NCBI GenBank assembly: GCA_964388455.1
Contig: CAYMAN010000010.1
Location: 1,459-65,458, forward strand
DNA length: 64,000 bases
Source of the DNA: an uncultured Eubacteriales bacterium
GTDB lineage: Bacteria; Actinomycetota; Coriobacteriia; Anaerosomatales; JAAXUF01
Direction: 5' to 3'
Positions within the stretch are counted from its first letter, which is position 1. Each line of letters starts with the position of its first letter. A program made the translations under genes and the position numbers. The notes beneath the pieces were generated by a model. That model was not told the origin of the DNA, ran no database searches, and worked only from the letters and a program-made list of their open reading frames with translations. Of this stretch, positions 60,332 through 64,000 are shown piece by piece.

Positions 60332-60846
60332 CGGTCCGCCAACAGCGCGTCGAGGTACTGCCGCACGCCGGCGGCGTCGAGCTTCCCTGTATAGGAGTCC
60401 AGAATCTCGCCGTCGGCACGGATGAAGTACGACGTGGGCACGAATTGAAACGCGAACCGCTGTGCGAGCTCACGGCCGGATGGTTCGTCGGTCATCACGT
60501 GCAGGTAGATGACCTCGTCAGTGTACTCAGGCAACACTTCCTGGATCGTCTTCTCCATCTCCGCGCAGTTGGCACAGTACGACAGGCCGAAGTTGAGGAA
60601 GATGGGCCTTCCTTCAGCGATGGCGGCGTCATAGGCAGCCACTGCTGTAGCCGGTTCGCCCGCCGCGCTGCCGGTATCACGTGTCGAAGCGGCATCTTCA
60701 ACAGGAGTTGGCGCCGATGCGCCGACTTTCACGACGACCAGTACGGCGAACGCCGCGGCCACACCGATCAGGACTAACGCCTTCCGGTTACGCGCCGACT
60801 GCATCGAGTATCCTTCCCAGCTCCTCGCGTGAAGGGACGCGTCCAC
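60328..60846 (-). CDS. Membrane-anchored thioredoxin-fold protein (TlpA/ResA-like)
   Basis: N-terminal anchor ALVLIGVAAAFAVLVVV and the CxxC motif in FLNFGLSYCANCAEME. 4-nt overlap with ccdA. The start is likely the ATG at 60804. Confidence 0.75.
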   Translation of the reverse strand: MDASLHARSWEGYSMQSARNRKALVLIGVAAAFAVLVVVKVGASAPTPVEDAASTRDTGSAAGEPATAVAAYDAAIAEGRPIFLNFGLSYCANCAEMEKTIQEVLPEYTDEVIYLHVMTDEPSGRELAQRFAFQFVPTSYFIRADGEILDSYTGKLDAAGVRQYLDALLADR

Positions 60847-61033
60847 TGACCGCCACTCGCCCGTCGATAACGAGTCCGGGCAATCCCATCACCCCGGACG
60901 CCATGATCTCCGTAGGATCCGTCACCTTGCGAATCTCAGCCGAAACGCCACGCGCGGCCACCGTCTGCCGCACCGATGCCTCGAGTTCGCGGCAGTTCGG
61001 GCAGGCCGATGAGCCAAGTAGCTGGATGATCAT
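60788..61033 (-). CDS. Small thioredoxin-fold protein (redox-active disulfide protein 2-like)
   Basis: 81 aa. MIIQLLGSSACPNCRELE...GLPGLVIDGRV is typical of this family. Confidence 0.7.
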   Translation of the reverse strand: MIIQLLGSSACPNCRELEASVRQTVAARGVSAEIRKVTDPTEIMASGVMGLPGLVIDGRVAVSGRVPSREELGRILDAVGA

Positions 61034-61103
61034 TCACACACCACCTTCTCAAGCGACGGGGACCGATCCGCGTCCAACCATAGTCAGCACAAGGGATCGC
61101 GTC

Positions 61104-61148
61104 CTTGACTGCGGTCAAGACGATCGACACTTGACAGGAGTCGACTCA
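61104..61148. promoter_or_regulatory. Candidate MarR operator region: CTTGAC-TGCG-GTCAAG dyad, followed by TTGACAGGAGTCGACTCA
   Basis: Dyad at 61104-61119. The second element at 61131-61148 shares TTGACAGGAG with the palindrome at 58876. Located in the divergent promoter region between the thioredoxin operon and the marR-like gene. Confidence 0.4.
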
Positions 61149-61203
61149 GCGGGTTTCCTTCTCCCATGATAATGATTTCCCTGTGATAAGCAAGGAGCCT
61201 CTG

Positions 61204-61758
61204 ATGCAGCGTCGTTCCGAACGTCTCTCGCACCTTATGCCGCTGCTCCAGCACGCGACATCCCACCTTGGGGCGCTCTCCACGGAGTCGGGCCGCTCGT
61301 TCGCCCTCTCGAAAGCCCGTATGGCCGCCCTGTCAACGCTGATGCACCGTGGGCGCCTTCGGATGTCCGACCTGGCCGACCTGCTCGACCTCCCCCGCCC
61401 TCTCGCCACCCGGGCCGTCAACGAACTGGTCGCCAGAGGGCTTCTGGAGCGGTGTGACGACCCGGCGGACCGGCGTACCGTCCTCGTCCAGCCGACAGCG
61501 GCCGGACGCGCGGTGTACGAGGATGTGCAGCGTGAGTCCGCGACCGCCCTCGAAGAGGTTCTTACCGACATGATTCCCGGGGAAGTCGACGCACTCCTCG
61601 TGGGACTCGAGTCGCTCCTCGAGGCGTTGCACAAGCCGGGTCGCGGCAGGAAGTGCTGCGGACCGGATGACCCTGATGGGCATCACGATGCGCACATCGG
61701 CCAGACCGGTTGCGCTCATGCACAGTCAGTTCCCCCTGTTGAAAGGAGCCAGTCATGA
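61204..61758 (+). CDS. MarR-family regulator with Cys/His-rich C-terminal tail
   Basis: AAGGAG SD before the ATG at 61204. wHTH LRMSDLADLLDLPRPLATRAVNELVARGLLER..DP.DRR. Tail is KCCGPDDPDGHHDAHIGQTGCAH. Confidence 0.8.
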   Translation: MQRRSERLSHLMPLLQHATSHLGALSTESGRSFALSKARMAALSTLMHRGRLRMSDLADLLDLPRPLATRAVNELVARGLLERCDDPADRRTVLVQPTAAGRAVYEDVQRESATALEEVLTDMIPGEVDALLVGLESLLEALHKPGRGRKCCGPDDPDGHHDAHIGQTGCAHAQSVPPVERSQS

Positions 61759-61991
61759 CCGAGACCACCGCCCTAAAGGAGACCGTTCTTCGTTCCGATG
61801 AGCTCACGTGCCCATCGTGCATCGCGAAGATCGAGTCGAAGCTGAGCAGCCTCGAGGGTGTCGCTTCCGCCGAAGTGAAGTTCGCATCGGGCAGGATACT
61901 CGTGAAGCATGACGCCGCGAAGGTGTCCGTCGGCGACTTGGTGAAGGCCGTGAACGAGATCGGCTACGCGGCCAAGCCGTCCGCGGTCTAG
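61755..61991 (+). CDS. Heavy-metal-associated (HMA) domain metallochaperone, CopZ-like
   Basis: LTCPSCIAKIESKL..L.GV......F....I.V ferredoxin-like HMA pattern. ATGA overlap with the MarR stop. Confidence 0.85.
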   Translation: MTETTALKETVLRSDELTCPSCIAKIESKLSSLEGVASAEVKFASGRILVKHDAAKVSVGDLVKAVNEIGYAAKPSAV

Positions 61992-62069
61992 TAGTCGCAC
62001 GAGTGTCCGGCGGGGCCTCGGGCGCGGGTATCCAGCCCGGGGCCCCATTTGGTGGTAAGGAGTGTTCAC

Positions 62070-63935
62070 ATGAGACGAACATGGAAGGACTGGGGCGTAG
62101 TCATCGTCTCCGGAGTGCTGATCGCCCTGTCCTGGATCACGGGATGGGAGTGGCTCATGGTCGCTGCGGCCGTGGGCGCGGGCTACCGGATAGCCATCAC
62201 CGCCGTGCAGGCGTTGCGCGTACGCCACGTCTCGATCGATCTGCTGGTCACCGTCGCCGCAGTGGGCGCCCTCTTCATACAGAACTACTGGGAGTCTGCC
62301 GCGGTCACCTTCCTCTTCGCCCTCGGCAAGGGCCTGGAGAAGGCGACGCTCAACAAGACCCGCAAGGCGCTGTCCGACCTTGTAGACGCGGCGCCGGAGA
62401 CGGCAACGGTGATGCGAGATGGCGACCCGGTCACCGTCGCGATCTGGGAGCTCGCTCCCGGTGACATCGTCTTGGTGCGCAACGGCGAGCAGGTCCCCGT
62501 GGACGGCCGGGTCGTGAGCGGCCACGGCGGCGTCGATGAAGCCACCATCACCGGGGAGTCACTCCCTGCGGAGAAAGCGGAGGGCTCCGAGACGTTCGCG
62601 GGTACATGGCTGCGATCCGGCGTCCTGCAGGTAGAGGCCGTCGGCATCGGCGCCGACACCACGCTGGCGAAGATCATCCACCGGGTGGAGGAAGCTCAGG
62701 ACGATAAGGCGAAGACCCAGACGTTTCTGGAGAAGTTCTCGCGGTGGTATACCCCCGGAGTGATCGTCACATCCGTACTTGTCGGCCTCGTCACCCGCGA
62801 TATCGAACTCGCGCTGACGCTGCTGGTCATCAGCTGCCCTGGCGCGCTCGTGATCTCCATCCCCGTTTCCATCGTGGCTGGCATCGGCCGCTCGGCCAAA
62901 GACGGCGTGCTCATCAAGGGCGGCGAGTATCTGGAGACCTCGGCAAAGGTCGATGCCGTCGTGGTCGACAAGACCGGCACACTGACGAACGGACGCCCAG
63001 AGCTTACGGACGTGGTCGTGCTGGATTCGGCCTATACCGAGGACGACGTGCTACGCCTTGCGGCACGCGCCGAGACTGCATCGGAGCATCCGCTCGCCGA
63101 CGCCGTCATCCGCGGCGCCAAGAGCCGCGGCCTGGATGTCGTGATGGCGGAGAATGCCGAGCCCGTAGCCGGCAAGGGCATCCGCACTCATGTGGATGGG
63201 CGCACGGTGGCCGTGGGCTCGGCGGACCTGCTCGACGTGCGCCCGGACGACACGCGTGTCGTAGCCTTCAACGAGCACGGCAAGACCGCGATGTACGTCG
63301 GCGTCGATGGCCGGGCGATAGGTATCGTGGCGGTTGCGGACACGATCCGACACGACGCCCCCTCGGCCATCAGGGCACTCCACGCGCGGGGCGTGAAGGT
63401 CGTGATGGCAACGGGCGATGCGAGGCAGGTTGCGGAGAACATCGCCGCGCAGCTCGGCGTCGATATCGTCCACGCGGAGCTGGCGCCGGAGGACAAACTG
63501 GCGATCGTCAAGGGCCTTCAGGCCGAGGGATACACCGTGGCCATGGTCGGCGACGGCGTCAACGACACGCCCGCGCTGGCACAAGCCGACATCGGTGTGG
63601 CCATGGGCGCCGCGGGCTCCCCGGCCGCTATCGAGACGGCCGACATCGCACTCATGGCCGACGACCTGCCGCGCCTCCCCTACGCGCTGGGACTCGCGCA
63701 GCGGACGGTCCGTACGATGCGCGTCAATATCGGGATCGCGCTCGTGGTCGTCGCAGCGCTGCTTGCGGGTGTCCTCTTCGGCGGCGTCACGATGTCCATC
63801 GGCATGCTCGTCCACGAGGCGTCGGTCATGCTTGTGATCGGGATCGCCATGCTGCTGCTTCGGCCGACACTCAAGACAGAGCCGGTCGCCGCCGCCGCAG
63901 TTCCGACGGGCGCCGAGGAGTACGCCACTGCCTGA
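62070..63935 (+). CDS. P1B-type heavy-metal-translocating ATPase without fused N-terminal HMA domain
   Basis: TAAGGAG SD before the ATG at 62070. TGES, DKTGTLT, HP (SEHPLA), GDGVNDTPAL. The TM6 motif reads SCPGAL where CPC is usual. Confidence 0.9.
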   Translation: MRRTWKDWGVVIVSGVLIALSWITGWEWLMVAAAVGAGYRIAITAVQALRVRHVSIDLLVTVAAVGALFIQNYWESAAVTFLFALGKGLEKATLNKTRKALSDLVDAAPETATVMRDGDPVTVAIWELAPGDIVLVRNGEQVPVDGRVVSGHGGVDEATITGESLPAEKAEGSETFAGTWLRSGVLQVEAVGIGADTTLAKIIHRVEEAQDDKAKTQTFLEKFSRWYTPGVIVTSVLVGLVTRDIELALTLLVISCPGALVISIPVSIVAGIGRSAKDGVLIKGGEYLETSAKVDAVVVDKTGTLTNGRPELTDVVVLDSAYTEDDVLRLAARAETASEHPLADAVIRGAKSRGLDVVMAENAEPVAGKGIRTHVDGRTVAVGSADLLDVRPDDTRVVAFNEHGKTAMYVGVDGRAIGIVAVADTIRHDAPSAIRALHARGVKVVMATGDARQVAENIAAQLGVDIVHAELAPEDKLAIVKGLQAEGYTVAMVGDGVNDTPALAQADIGVAMGAAGSPAAIETADIALMADDLPRLPYALGLAQRTVRTMRVNIGIALVVVAALLAGVLFGGVTMSIGMLVHEASVMLVIGIAMLLLRPTLKTEPVAAAAVPTGAEEYATA

Positions 63936-63962
63936 CCCGGGCGCTGCCCTGACTCGCATGAC

Positions 63963-63992
63963 AAAGGGGACGGCCGATCGGCCGTCCCCTTT
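63963..63992 (+). terminator. Rho-independent terminator (AAAGGGGACGGCC-GATC-GGCCGTCCCCTTT, then GGTGTTGT)
   Basis: Perfect 13-bp stem 28 nt after the ATPase stop. Confidence 0.75.
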
Positions 63993-64000
63993 GGTGTTGT

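Overview
This is a GC-rich chromosomal segment that looks actinobacterial (Gram-positive type). It is a mosaic of accessory modules around one large housekeeping operon. All calls rest on reading the supplied ORF translations and the DNA by eye; no HMM, BLAST or folding tool was run.

(1) 1-10.7 kb is a decayed conjugative or integrative element. It carries the most unusual cargo in the window, a translationally coupled three-gene ubiquitin-like conjugation operon: a single-domain Multiubiquitin-type Ubl, an E2-like protein with no Cys at the canonical position, and a JAB-polyPro-E1 fusion. An ImmA/IrrE protease, an HTH protein and an ECF sigma factor flank this operon. A type IV secretion set follows (VirD4/TraG coupling protein, VirB2/VirB6/VirB3-like membrane proteins). 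Its VirB4-like ATPase gene is cut off exactly at the 3-prime end of tRNA-Val(TAC).

(2) 10.8-14.5 kb holds a single giant repeat-rich surface protein. It is bracketed by the intact tRNA-Val and a 38-nt copy of the tRNA 5-prime half.

(3) 14.6-25.8 kb is a block of four PAS/GAF/REC sensor kinases plus a CheR-like methyltransferase.

(4) 25.8-29.7 kb contains a CWB2-M28 peptidase gene abutting tRNA-Glu(CTC) without a canonical start codon, and a three-gene secreted/surface operon.

(5) 30.0-47.9 kb is an 18-gene, almost gap-free anaerobic cobalamin (cbi/cob) operon. It includes cbiMNQO cobalt uptake, a ThiC paralog next to cobT and several fused genes, all behind one cobalamin riboswitch. A cysG-like gene is divergent from it.

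(6) 49.6-58.1 kb has three same-orientation copies of a 150-225 bp repeat that begins with a tRNA-Glu-like 3-prime end. They delimit a 6.4 kb sulfur/metal cassette and a 1.7 kb AbiE toxin-antitoxin cassette.

(7) 58.2-64 kb carries Fic, thiol-disulfide (CcdA/thioredoxin) and heavy-metal (MarR, HMA chaperone, P1B ATPase) genes.
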